A stretch of 64,000 nucleotides of DNA from assembly GCA_036172245.1 (NCBI GenBank), contig JAYWIR010000020.1, positions 2,604,001-2,668,000 of the forward strand, read 5' to 3'. The notes below the pieces were generated by a model that was not told the DNA's origin, did no database searches, and saw only the letters and a list, made by a program, of their open reading frames with translations. Shown here piece by piece: positions 39,101 to 51,707 of this stretch. The DNA comes from Raillietiella orientalis. Its lineage: Eukaryota. The stretch's first letter is position 1; each line of letters begins with the position of its first letter. The position numbers and the translations under genes were made by a program.

Positions 39101-40300
39101 GAGACGACGGACGTCGGGTGTGCACACGTGCGCGCGCTTCCCGAGAGAGGATGAGGCGCTTTCCACGGTTCGAGGAAGAACCGGTTCTTCCCGGAAGCCC
39201 AAATCTTCCTGATGACGAATCCGGAACTGAAGTGGAAGAGTGGTACGCCCCTCTTCCATCCCCCACCACCTGCGCCGCGTCCTTGTCACGATGATCGGCT
39301 TTTTCTTCTCGTCCCCGGGAGGAGTCCTGGATGGAAGAACCGACTTCCGAGCTGGCATCTCCTTCGTCCGTTCCGAAGGACGTCGGCGCCGAAGCGAACC
39401 CGACGGGTGCAGAAGATTGCTGAGCATCTCTCTCCACCGATTTGCAGCATCGGACATCGCTTCGTTGCTGCCACCGCCGTTAGCGCGCGCTCTCCAGTGA
39501 GGCCATTGCCACCCCGACTCGCTCGGACCTTTCCTTAGGTTTGCGGCCACAGGAAGAGAGCATCCCCCAACGGCCAGAGTTCCACTCCTGCGGACGTTCT
39601 TCGCGCGTCTTCTCTGTTCTCAGAGAGGAGACGGCCAAGAGGGTTCTCCACGTGATCGTGGGGGAAGAAGGAGGAGGAGGGGAGTGGGGAGAGAAGAATT
39701 CCGATTTCCTGAAAATTCCTCCTCCGTCCTTTCCCTCCAGCTGCCCTCACTAATGGGAAAGAAGAATCAAGAAAGGCAGTTCCTCCTGGAGGCCCAAGCA
39801 TCTGCCAGGTCAAAAACCCTGCCCCGCTTCCTTGTCCTGCGCACGGCGAAGGGAGCGCATCCCCGCCTCCCGCGACGGCGAGATCTAGCGCGTGCCGAGG
39901 CCAGCGGGAGTGCGGGAGACCCTTCGCGAAACTCTCGGGAGATTCCCGTCCGGCGCCCCGTTTTTCCGGGGGTTTGGCGGGCGCGAAACCTCCGGTCAGT
40001 TTCGAGACCCGGATGAGCGCGCGTGTCTCTGGAAGAAGGTGGGCTTCGATTCCTCCTGCTCCTCTCCAGGGAGGCGGGCAGCCACCTCGTGCGTGGAGTC
40101 CTCCCCTCCCCCCGGACCGATTCCTCTTCTTCCGCGAGCCTTGCAGGGCGCGGCGGCCGGAACGCCCCCTGCGCCGTGTTCTTCGCGTGAAGAGGGAGAG
40201 TACTGCTCTTGCGAGAGGCTCGCCGAAGGTTCGCTGGCGGTGATTACAGGAAGCATTTGCCGAACGCGCAGCTCATTCACTTTCGCTTTCCGGCCAGGAA
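36200..40300. promoter_or_regulatory. GC/CpG-rich island, probable promoter / first-exon region
   Basis: Visibly high GC and CpG density relative to the flanks, no TE motifs seen, and contains TATA and CCAAT motifs. Confidence 0.65.
38482..38488 (-). promoter_or_regulatory. TATA box (GCTATAAAG) in GC-rich context
   Basis: Minus strand GGCGCTATAAAGAGG, with CCAAT upstream at ~38875. Orientation agrees with the minus-strand candidate exons. Confidence 0.5.
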
Positions 40301-41474
40301 CATTGTAGACGTTAATTATCAGGATCCAAATCTTGCCGTCTTTTTTTTTGGATTCCGTCTACAGAGTGAATTGGATGCGGGGTAGAAAAAAGAGAGAGAG
40401 AGAGAGAGTGGGAAGAGAAGAAAGGATTGAAGAGCTGAGTGCTACTGAGAAATCGTTGAATGATCATCCTCACTGAAGGGATATGAGATGTTTGGATAAC
40501 CGAATTCTGCAGCTCTTTTTTTTAAAAAAAAAAAAAAAAAAATCCTTCTTCGGAACCCTTCCGTACAATGAAAGTGGAGCTGAAACACGTTGGCAGCTTG
40601 GGAATTTTCGGAGACTCCATCGGAAAAACGCAGAGCATTGGTCTTCTTTAATCTTCCCGAGGTGAAACGTTCCCTTTTCACTTCCAGCCTCACCATTCCT
40701 CCCCGGCAACGATGCCTTTGCACTTGTGCACGCTGAGATGGGAACTCATCTGTTTCCTCGTTCGGTGTGCTCTTGCGTGCCGTAGAAATCTGTCCGCCAA
40801 CTCTGGGGAGAAGATCCGTTGGTCATCTTGATGGGGCCTTTCCACTCAAGTAAATGCATCTCGATGGTATGCAACTCGTTCCACACATGTTCACGTACGA
40901 GGATGTTTATTTCGATATGCATGTTTGCAAGGTAGGAAAGGCTGTGCGGGCGATATGCCTGAACACCAAAGCTCTTTTCTTTGTCTGAAGCCGTGGCTTT
41001 AGACAAAGAATAACAGCACCGGTGAAATGCAGTTTGTTGCCATGGTTCCGAAGCTTTCATGGATCTTGATGTCCCTCGTGTTCTCCGTTTCTGTTTTCAG
41101 TCTGCCATTACGAAAAATCCGCGTAAAAGTCGTAGTTTACTAATCGCAGTAACACCACCGGTAAGGAAATTTACGCCTTGCTTCATCTTTTCATCTCATC
41201 AGTGGGAGAACAAACGGGAATCTTCCTTCAGGCAGGGGAGATGTGATGGGAACGATGCCATACCGTCGCTTTATTCCCCAGCGGGACGGATGCACTCCTT
41301 GATATGGGACCCGAAATTAAAATATGTCAGAGCAATGAAACCGAAGTTTGCTACTTGCAACTTCCATGCATCCTTTAAAAAGATGAATGAAAATTAAGAG
41401 AAGAGTGCTATCGAGCCCTCGATTGAAGAAGGAATTCCTCCGATGATACTCATGGATGAAACCGACTTCTCCCC

Positions 41475-41612
41475 ATCGTACCCATGCAGGAAACATTGGT
41501 GCTCTGCCTCCGGCTCGGAGAAGGCAACTGAAGATGGAAATGGTCCCACCTGTCTTCGTAAATCCGTATCACGACGAGTGGATCGAGAGGTCGATTTGGA
41601 TTGACCAATGTG
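41475..41612 (+). repeat. Inverted duplicate of 42028-42164
   Basis: About 137 bp, with 3 substitutions and 1 indel by eye. Confidence 0.95.
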
Positions 41613-41928
41613 GACTGAGGCCAGTGTTCCCCAACAGATATGAACCTTCTTCTTCCGCCTTCCTTCTTTCCAGTGTGAGTTCGTGAAAACGAACAGAATC
41701 AAAGGCAAAAAGGCATGCGGGCATAGGACTGTTGGTTCGCAAGTTTAAATCGGAACTGATGAGTCCTCCGGGAGATTCCTTAGAGTAATACTATGCTCGA
41801 GTAAACTCACCATTTGCTGAGGTTCCAAAAGGGCATAAGAAAATCAGGGCGAACGCCCAGACGTACAAGTAGATGTTTTAAAAATCAGGAGAAGCATCTC
41901 GAAAGTTATTTGCAAACTCCAAGTTCGT

Positions 41929-42360
41929 TCATGATGATTCCCCGAGCGCTCTTTTCGTGATTTCCATCCACCTTTCCAAAGGATGCATGGAACTCTTCAA
42001 AAGATGCTCATCGAGATCCTTCTCGGTCACATTGGTCAATCCAATCGACCTCTCGATCCACTCGTCGTGATACGGATTTACGAAGACAGGTGGGACCATT
42101 TCCATCTTCAGCTTCCTTCTCCGAGCCGGAGGCAGAGCACCAATGTTTCCGGCATGGGTACGATTTGCGACTGGTTGATTGATTTCGATGTTTTCCACAT
42201 CCAAACCAGGCACCCATTTGCCAAAAAAAAAAAAAAAATCCCTAGCACTTACGTGAAGATTCCTCATCCTCTGTACCTTTCACTCGATCATCTCTCGAAA
42301 TTAGTTTTGCATAGGGCTGTTGTCCACAACAAAGAAAGATCTCGAAGGCCCCGGAAACCT
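41929..42360 (-). CDS. Two candidate exons (~42360-42253 and 42170-41929), unknown product
   Basis: GTAAGT donor at 42252, CCAG acceptor at 42171 (82-nt intron). The joined frame is open: ..KGTEDEESSLANRTHAGNIGALPPARRRKLKMEMVPPVFVNPYHDEWIERSIGL..ESS*. Confidence 0.3.
42028..42164 (-). repeat. Inverted repeat partner of 41475-41612
   Basis: Reverse complement aligns nearly perfectly with 41475-41612. Confidence 0.95.
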
Positions 42361-43099
42361 CGATGGAAAGAAGAACCGTGAAGGGACTTGATCTTTCACG
42401 TTGATTTTGCTGGACATCCGCATGCAACGAGGTTATTTGAAAATAACCCAATTTCTCTGTGGACAGAGGGGAAAATTTTCATGCCTTCGGTTTCTATTGC
42501 TCGGAGAGGGAAACTCTCCCAGCGAAGTGCTGCTACTCGGCTTTGAAAGCACAGAAAGGGCCCGGCTGCGAAGCGGCCCTCCGCCTTGGAGTTTGCCGCG
42601 ACGCAATCCACAAAAATCGCCCCGGATTTTCCGATTTCAAGCAGCCGACGGTGCGATTTTAGATTGGTGGTGCCATTTCCGATTCATTCATCTGCCGATG
42701 GCGCCGTTTTCCATTTATTCATCTGATTGGGAGCTCATGCAGAATGGCTTTACATTTGCTTGTTCTTTAGAAGGATGGATGTCGGTATGTTGTGAGTAGT
42801 TTGGACAGTTTCGAAATCCATTGTGAGACTGTCAGTTGATTTCAAAACCTCCCTTCAAATTTTTCACGCTTCTGTCTGGAAGATTCATCCATTATGATAA
42901 ATAGTGATTTAGGTCTCTGACCATATTTTCTTCCATCTCCTTACCTCGTATATGCTTTGTCCACTTCAATAGGCATATATTCCGTCTCCCTTACTGACAG
43001 CTGAAAAATTAGTCTTTCCACGTGTCAGCAGGCGGAAAAGCCAAAAAAAATAAAAACCTCTGATAAAGATTACGATTATTTGCATTTATTATCCCATCC

Positions 43100-45100
43100 T
43101 TCAGAATGAGCCTTGCTTAAGTAAATGGACCTTAGCGCATACTTGCAGTCTGCTTTCACTGAAGTCATCCGGGATGCATGGTTCTATTTGGTTTCTACTT
43201 CTTGGACTACTTGTAGATTTGTTTTGCGAGGCCAGATGTTTTATGATGACAACCCGAAAGACCCATTCCGTAAAACAGAAGATTGACAGCAGCTTCAGCA
43301 TGCTTGAGACAACAGATCTGCTCAATGGCGAACGGCGTTGCTTTACTCAGATACGATTCTCCATTCACCTTTCGATCGAGACGTGAGGGCATTTTCCATA
43401 CAAAGTATTCTTATAGTTCAAGTAATCCAAACCTTTAGTCAGATAGAGTTTTCCACTTTCGTGCTCCGGATAGTACGACTGGAGTGCATTTTCAGAGCAC
43501 AAATCACGAATGCGTGTGATTACATGGTGAAAAAGGCGCCCAGCGAGAAAATTCTCGTTGCAGCCACGGTCCTCATTGGAATAGCCATTTTCACCTCAAG
43601 ACAATGAGGGAATGCTCTGGAGGCAGTCAGCAACCGCTAGGGAAGCACTCAACCGTCATCATGATGCAGATCCGAACTCTGATTCGATGGTTACGAACGT
43701 CTTTGTTGTTGAGGAACATCTCACAGTGGTAAGTTCTTTGTTCTTTCAGACAAACAGAAGTGGAGCTTCTCCCCACGCAGAAGTCCAGATTTTCCTTGAT
43801 GCAGTTGGATTTTCTTTCAGCTTCTCTTGACAAGTCGCCTTGCCTTTTCTTCGCGTAGACTCATAGAAGCTGCACATTCTGTAGAAAGGTTTTTTGAGGG
43901 GCTGCAGTGGGCTTAGAATCAGTCCGTAACTTCGAAAGCTCATAAACAGGAAAAGTGCTTGCCTTCTCCTGGATCGGCGGAACGATCCTGTTGCTCCCTT
44001 GCTACGTTTAGAATGAGATTGATTTCTGCACAGTTTACAAATACGGATGATTAGTGCAGAAACAGTTCCTTAGATCTGCATATTCTGAAGAATAAAAGGA
44101 TTTCAAAGAACAGGTTTTCCCACACTGAGACACTTGGTACACACTTGTGGATCTATTGAAATCGTTCCGTGGGAAAAGACTGTCCTGACAAAGAGCGTGT
44201 CACGAACGAGGGAGCTTCCTTGAAGAGTAAAGGAATGTTTCCTTGAACATTCCGTCAGGATGGAACTGGTTTCCAGGAGCATTTTATGGCATCCAAAGTT
44301 GTTATGGTTTCGACCGGGAATCCAGCAGGCATGGTCATGGTTACGTGTTTGGTCAGATGTTATGCTTGCATTCTTGGAGAACTTTTCCAATCCATTCTTC
44401 TTCTGGAACCTTGAACAAAGTGTTCCATAGAAAAATCGTCCAGCACGAGAGTGGACGGCCACCAGGTAGTGAGAATGTCAGCAGTTAATTCGAATAAAGA
44501 TGATCAAAGGTGAAAGTTTGCGTGGATTCCGTGAAGTGAGGAGGCACCATCATCTTCTGCAGAAATGGAAATCTGAGGTTCTGCACAGACAACAAAGATC
44601 TGAACAAGGCGGAGACTCCGGAAGACCAAATAGTACCCACGACCTGATACGTTGGTAGTGGTCATTGTCATCACTCATTGCCGTAACATTACAGGAAACA
44701 CGCAGATGCCTTGCAGAGTTTAGCCTTACTCCATTGCTTTGGCTTCGCCGAAGACGCAAACTCCTCCAGTATGTTTCATTCTTGGCAAAAGGACAGAGCC
44801 CTTCCTCGTGTCTTCTCTCTGCGAAATGCTAATTTGTCGAACGACAAGTTCTACAGATGATTTGAATTTTCTTCCTTGATCGAAAAAGTGCTCTTTCATC
44901 AAAATGAAATGGAAAAGACCTCGATGCTCGACAGTGATTTGGGTGGCGATGTCAAACTGGCACACATCTTCCTTGTCTCCTTTTTCCGAGATTTAGAGAC
45001 ACTGTTGTTCTTCTTAAGTATCTGCGAAAGCTCAGGACAGCTCAGCAGCTTTCTCTGTCGTTGCTGAAATCGCTGATTTCGGACAGGAAACGCAAGGAAC
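43100..45100 (-). mobile_element. Degenerate LINE RT relic
   Basis: Ordered remnants: NAPGN (~KAPG), CLSVGKPVL (~LLSxxGKxLE), MSFRS (~QxGFR), AIPMRTVAATRIF (~GVPQGSVLxPxLF). Confidence 0.33.
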
Positions 45101-47599
45101 CGGTGCAGAAAATTCATGGATCTTTCGTAAATATTTCTTCTGTCATGTGATGTAATTCGTGAGCAATCTTGAGGATCGCTGCGTGACTAATGATTGACTA
45201 ATGGTCTGAGCTAATTCTTGGTGGTGTTCCTGTCAACAACCTCAGCCAGCTCCTGGAAAGTCTGACCTGTAATCGCTGCTTGGGACGATGCTTGGCTGTT
45301 GTTTCCTGAACGAAGAATTCGGTCTTTCATCCCGTTGCTGAAGCATGCCGGCTTGCTGGCATCTGTGACGTTGCAGAGCTGCACGAAAGCTGCAAGGAAC
45401 CACCCAAACTTGGTGTTGATTCAAAGCTGTGTGGAAGGAGGAGCGAGGGAAGAAAACAAACAGGGCTGGGCTGCGCGCTCGTGCAGCTCATGTGAGTGCG
45501 CCCACGTCGGACTTCGCCCAGTTCCCGGCGCCTCAAGGGGTTTCCGCCGTGTGCATCGTGTATTTTGCGGGCTGCAACACGGGTGAGGCTCGCGAACACG
45601 CGGTCCACCGCGAAGGTTTCTGAGGGCAGTAAAGGAAAAAAAAAAAAAAAAAACATCCGTGCGCCTTAGAAGCTAGGAAAGGTGAAAGCAGAGCAAGAAG
45701 AGCAACAAAATTGCATTAGAGAAAGGAAATGTCGCTAAGTACTTAGAGCGAAAACTCGCAGTCTCGCAGGAGAGTGCTGCGTGCAATCTGAAAACGGTTG
45801 TGTAAGGGGTGAAAAAAGGGCCCACATTAAGCGGAGGAATGCGAGAGAGACAAAAAAAAAAAATTGCTCAAAAACTGCTAATCGTGCTCTTCCACGATCG
45901 GTCCTGGAAGTGGCTGTGCACAACCTGCACTTTCCTCGCACTGAATTCGGGCTGGTCCGTGCTTCTGGAGAGATGGTCCCGTTCGCATAAATTCGGGAAG
46001 AACAGGTTTTTTTCGGGAAAGCCAAAATTGGTTTTGCAAGCAAAGATATTTCTGCTCGACAGAGATGCTGCTGGCCGGTGTATCATGATGCTCCAGGTGA
46101 TTGCGAAATTGATGTAGCGGCAAAGAAAGAAAAGTGCAGATACGATGAGTAGCTGGTGACCTAATAAAATGGACCGCAATTCTACGAATGCAGTGTTTAG
46201 TGAGCAGGGAATACAGTGACTCATACGGGAAGGGAGTTGCACAGAAGTGCACATTTTCCACACTGGTCCCCAATTCTTCCAGGTCCGTTTCCTTCAAGGC
46301 CTGGGAAGGTCACTCGTCTGAAGAACAAGAGGCTCAATAGAGGAAGCATACTACAGACCTCAGACTTCTGAGTACACTTTTCTCGGGTGCCGTACAGGAG
46401 CCGGATCGAAGTTCTGATGGCATCCGTTACAAAGGTTTGCAAGTTCCTCATAACGTGGAGGAAACGTTCCGCGTTCTACGAGTCCTGTGGATGACGGGAC
46501 AACATTAATAAAAGATGCAGAATGTATCTTGAACGTTGTAACGACATAATGGCATTTATAGTAGTGGACTACATTATTTCACTTCAAAACAGAAAGGAAG
46601 GTATTCATTTCTTGTTATTGAACTTAAAGGAATTTATGTAGAGCTTTTTTGATATGTAACCAATGTAAACAATTCTGTAGTTTCGGATCCATCATTTTTT
46701 GCTCTTGAAAAGCGTTCCTTGTCGCTCATGGAATGGAATTCCGCTGATTTGGATCACGCGTTCGCATTCTCTCTAAAAACAGATGAACTGCCGCTGCCAC
46801 AAAACTGAACTTCACCTCTGTGCACGGGGCCGCGTTATACGAGGGCTGTTGCCTTTTTCTTCCGTCGCGTCGTTCGAGGGTCGCATTCCCGGGGAGCCAG
46901 GGAACGGACGTCCAAGACACGGGAATTCTTGAGGCAGCCAGCCCCGCTCCTCGGAAATTCGCGACCTGCGACAGGGGCGACCGTGAAAGACCCACTAGAG
47001 CTGGTGGTCTCGAAATGCTGTCTGAAACTGGATTGACTCTAATTGCAGGATTCAGGCTCCTCGGAAAGATAGATGTCGTGCATCAACTGTGATGCTTGCC
47101 GTAGATCGTCGTACTTGCTGCAACGGAGGTATCCTACAAGCAGTTGCCCTTGGGACATGTGGCGAAATCAAGGGCAAATCCCAACGCGATGCTTCCAATG
47201 AACTGATAAAAAAAAAATCTCTGGACCTTTCGAGAAAATTCTCAAAAATCCCCTCCCCTCTCACCCCCCTAGAAAAAAAGCATGCGTTTGCAAGTATTTG
47301 TTCCATTTCTTTCTCTAATCCTATGACATGTTCTGGTTCACTTGTCCCCCATCCTTTGGGAAATGCTTTTCCCGCCGTTTCATACCTTTTACGATGGGAT
47401 GCATCGAGCATCTCCTTGAAGCAAAAAAAATGAAATGAAAATCCTTTTTTTTTTTTTTAGGAGGGAACAAACGCCCCGGAGAAACGATTGCTTTCTGGAA
47501 CTCAGCTCAAAAGTCTTGATTTATGGATGAAAATCATTCTAAAAACAGGAAATTCATTTTTTAAAATCGCGTTCATTTTTTTTTAAAAAAAAAATACGT

Positions 47600-49600
47600 A
47601 ATCACTCGAAGAATAATTTGGCATGCAAATTAATGCATTGCCAAGTTCCGAGAAACTGAGCACCTCGAATTTTTGCAAGGATCGTCCTCCTTTCGAAAGC
47701 AAGGGGCAGTGGCTCATACTCATTCGACCCCGCACACATGGCAAGTTGGCCGGGAAACGCGCGACCCCTCCGGCAACGGAGTTCGTGGCGTCCCTCGAGT
47801 TCGAGGTGGGGACAGAGAGAGCCGCATCCAAAGACGGTGTGCATCCCTACTTGCAGCGATGGTCCCTGATGGGTGCTGCTCACTGAGAGCACATGCGTTT
47901 CCGCCGCAGGCAGATGCAAACAGCAGAAAATTCGGTCCCAGAGGAAGATAATCCTGAAAGGCACCCATCTTCGTTCTTCGCTCTTCCCAGCTCGTGTTCG
48001 CTCATTAGCTCTCCAATAAACTGGAACTGGATTACCCGTTCTGAATCCCCCACGTATCTGGGTGCATGCATTTCCATTTTCGCTCATAAAACGCTCATGT
48101 CTTATTGATTGATGGCTCTTAATTTTCTTTAAGTTATCCCCAATCATCATTGCAGAAACTTCGAGTTCAAGGTCATTGCCAGTTATGCCGTGTCGCAAAT
48201 TATTGCATTTTCCATGACTACTTTGATGTTTCCTCGCCCTTAATTGCATGCTTCATATCCTACCAATTAATATTCTCTTCAGCTGTCTCTAAGGAGGATC
48301 AGCCTGCTTCGATTCGATGATGATTCCAAAGCATGGTACCCTTTATACATCTTACGAAAGTATTCCAGATGCCCAGGTGATTGCGGAACCTCCAAGAATC
48401 TCTTTCTGAGGAATCTGCAATCACGAATCAGCAGATTTCAAAATTCCATTGCTTTCGAAAGCTGCTCCTGCAGGAATGAATCGATTCTCCACTGTAAGGA
48501 TATGGTCAAGACACTCTTCAGTTCCTTCCAGGTTCTTTAGCTCCAGACGGTTGCTTGCAAGAGCTGGGAACTTGAAGTCTTTGGCTTCACGTCTCGTTGT
48601 GCACTCTATGCGCGTGCGCCAGAGGTATTTACCGGTCTGCACCAGTGGATCTTTGGAGGAGGGAAATTCACGATGGTCTTGCAACATTCAAGGCGCATTT
48701 GCAGCAATCTTCGACAACTCTCCGGATGACATGTTTGCCGTCTTGCGTTCGGAAACAAAGTTGCACGTCCCGAAAGTCAGCTTACGTTCTGAAGCATTCG
48801 AACCGAAGATTTCTTTATACCTTAATGTTATCACGGGCAAGGTGCTTGCGTGTGAGAGACTTGGTGAAGAGACAATTCTATGGCTGTTATGTGAATCTAA
48901 GGAGAAATGTGAAAGTAACCCTCGCAGACAGAAAATGGAGACAAATAACCTTAGAACAAGAATCTCGTTAAGGAACATTCTTTACATTCTGCTTGCAAGA
49001 TTGATTCGATGAAAAGATTCATCCTGCGACGTCGCGGTTTGGTCTTCGCTACTTCATTTTGATGAAATTTTCTTCCTTTTGAGAAAGGAAGAAAATTCGA
49101 ATTTGGATTCCCTCGAGATCTTGGCTCCACATTCCACTGACCTGCCGTGTGTGTCTGCGCTTTGCTCGCAACCAGTCTTCCAGCAATCTTACACTCGAAC
49201 ACTCTTTCGGAAGTTGGGTTTCCCTTCCCCTGCACGGAAGGTCTGTAGCATGTATGTCAGGTTGCAGAAAATTATCAGTCGGGAGCTCCTGAGGGCCGCA
49301 AGTATGATGGTGGAGAGAGTAACATTGTGTGTCAAAATGCCTTTGTGCAGATAGCATTGATGGGTTGAAGGTTCAGGAAGGAGACACCGAAAGTTTTCTC
49401 GAGGTTGCTGAAATCTGCTCCTACAAGGGCATTGAAGAAGATTCCAATTCCTTCTTTTCGATTCCAATTTCGAACCTGCGTTTCTAAAGTTCCATTGCGG
49501 TTTTTGCATCGGCCACCGTGTGGTGGTTGAAGACGCCACATGCAACCGAAAGGGCTTCTTGCTCGTCCACTTGAGAATCAGGAAAAGCATCAAATGCCTA
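47600..49600 (-). mobile_element. Degenerate RTE-like LINE relic
   Basis: LRYKEIF..CNFVSERKTANM (~YKIF..QxGFRxxRSTxD), GNDLELEVSAMMIG (~GxxLExVxxFxYLG), and a terminal CHVCG knuckle. Confidence 0.42.
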
Positions 49601-49984
49601 TTCCCCGGAAATGTTTCCTCTTCGACAAATTATTCGGCGACATCAAACTGGTGTTGTGTTCTTATTACCTACTCAGGAGAAAAGAGGTCGTTTTCCGACT
49701 CTGCGCCTGAAGCTTGGGCCATCTGTGAAGTACTGCCTACCTCCCCTGTGTATTTGTACCTACGAGAGAACGTAAGCATTCTGCTACAGAGAAGCTTTAT
49801 TTGGACAAAGCATCGAAACCCAAAATTATCCCAAGTGTCTCAACATTTTTCAAAAATTTCAAATTTTCTTCTCAGCTCGTGAACTCCTCACCCTCAAAAT
49901 CCATCATGGATTAGCCCGTGATAGACCGTCAGTGAGTATAATTCCAGCATGTCTACAGGACAAAAAGACAGCAGCACTCTGGGT

Positions 49985-50018
49985 CTATTTCCTGAAGAAT
50001 GCGTTCTTCAGGAAATAG
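49985..50018. repeat. Perfect 15-bp inverted repeat with 4-nt loop
   Basis: CTATTTCCTGAAGAA-TGCG-TTCTTCAGGAAATAG. Confidence 0.95.
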
Positions 50019-50869
50019 GTGCAGTGCTTCACTGGAATGGGGTGCAACTCGAAACCAATCCACTGCTCTGAGCACCTCCTTCCGTCGATGATGCAGCATG
50101 CCTAACGGCTACAACAACGGCAGTGGCTCATGAGCAGCTCCGTATGAGTCGAAGAATTGAAGAAACGACCACGGGAATATTATCAATGATCCTCAAAGGC
50201 GTATTGGTTAAAGCTGCTAGGAGTTTTCTTGGATGATTAGTAGTAAGAGTAGAAGACTCTACTCTCGGAGGTAGAGTCTCTAGAATCAGAAATGCTTTCA
50301 AGTGCTCCCTTTGCAGCTATGCTTTCCCATCACCTTGCTGGTCCTTCTACAGAAATTGGAAGACCAGATGCTCTAGCATCTTGGCGGGCAAAAATGCGAT
50401 GCGATTCCAGTGTTCCAATTTCTCTTCAATCCTCCAGGTGAAAAAAGCACTTGGCTGCGGAGCACCTCACCTGCCTTTCCAGGTCTGAAACCCTTCACTC
50501 GAAAGTCTTCCGAGAGGGCATCGCTTTCACTTCCAGTGTGGACTCTGAGGGAGTCTCTGGAAAAGAATCGGTCACTTTTTGAAGGAGATCGCCTTCCCCA
50601 TTGGGGGTGAGAACATCTAGAGAAGAACCGGGGCTTACCGACATTCGCTCCGCTTTCTTGGAAGCTCCCTGGAACGATCTGACTTCATCGATCCTTCCGT
50701 TTCCGGGATACATCAACATCCCTCGAATTCTTCGTAACTCGGAAGAAACAGCCTGATTCGCATTCCGAGACGAACCTTCTTTGCTGCTGATTTCGGGAAG
50801 CAGAGAAAAATTCCATCAACTCTGAAGTACGGTAGGAGCTACCTCCCACCTTAGATACCATATTATACC

Positions 50870-51280
50870 ATCCACATTATTAATTATATTAAGATTATAA
50901 GCACATGATCAATATATATTAGATATCATAGAAAATAAATGTATGTCTATTATGTATTATTATACTTAATATTTTTGGGATCTCCTTCGGTGGATAAATG
51001 TATGTGCTTATAATTAGATATTCCTATTCAATCAATATATGCTGATTACATATGTAAATACACAATGAGCATATATCAAGTGAATAATTATTAATTATAT
51101 TAATAAAACGCATGTTAATTAACATTAATAAATATGTATGTCAAAATAAATTTGCATATCACTCTCTATATATAAATATGCATAATAAACATACACATTT
51201 ATTTTTAAAAATCCTCATAATATATGCTAGCCTATCCATATTAATGTAGATAATAAACACACAAATCTTTATTTTTTTGC
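50870..51280. repeat. AT-rich low-complexity tract
   Basis: Abrupt shift to TA/ATT-rich sequence. Confidence 0.8.
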
Positions 51281-51707
51281 GATCTTTAGAGATTTCGACA
51301 TTTGGAATTTCTAATAGAACCCCCTTTTTCCATGGGAATAAAATTCAGCGATCCCCAAGTCTTTCTGCTTGCAGCCATGCAGTGCGCGGTCACCCACAGC
51401 TGATAGGTAAGGATGCTCGTCGGGTTGCTACACAGAGATGCACTCGGGCCGTCTGCTCCTCCGTGCCAAGCAGCATCGCAGGAAGTAAACACGCGGTCGT
51501 TTATCAGTTCGGTTGAGCATTCCTGCTGTAAAAGAGGAAAAAAACAAAACTTCGGTGAAAGACGATCACCATATAGGAAACGCGCCGGATGCGGCATGTA
51601 CAATAAACGAATGGAGCGAATTTTTGTTGTAGATTCGTACACAACAACCGGCCGCTATGAAACAGCGCACTCCTCTTTCTTTTATCATTGGAAATGACTC
51701 TTGTGTA

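Noticed and set aside
45750..46450. LINE RT thumb relic on the minus strand
   Set aside because: Motif resemblance is too weak to call.
50400..50760. Fifth copy of SINE family S
   Set aside because: Only compositional and weak motif similarity; no head found.
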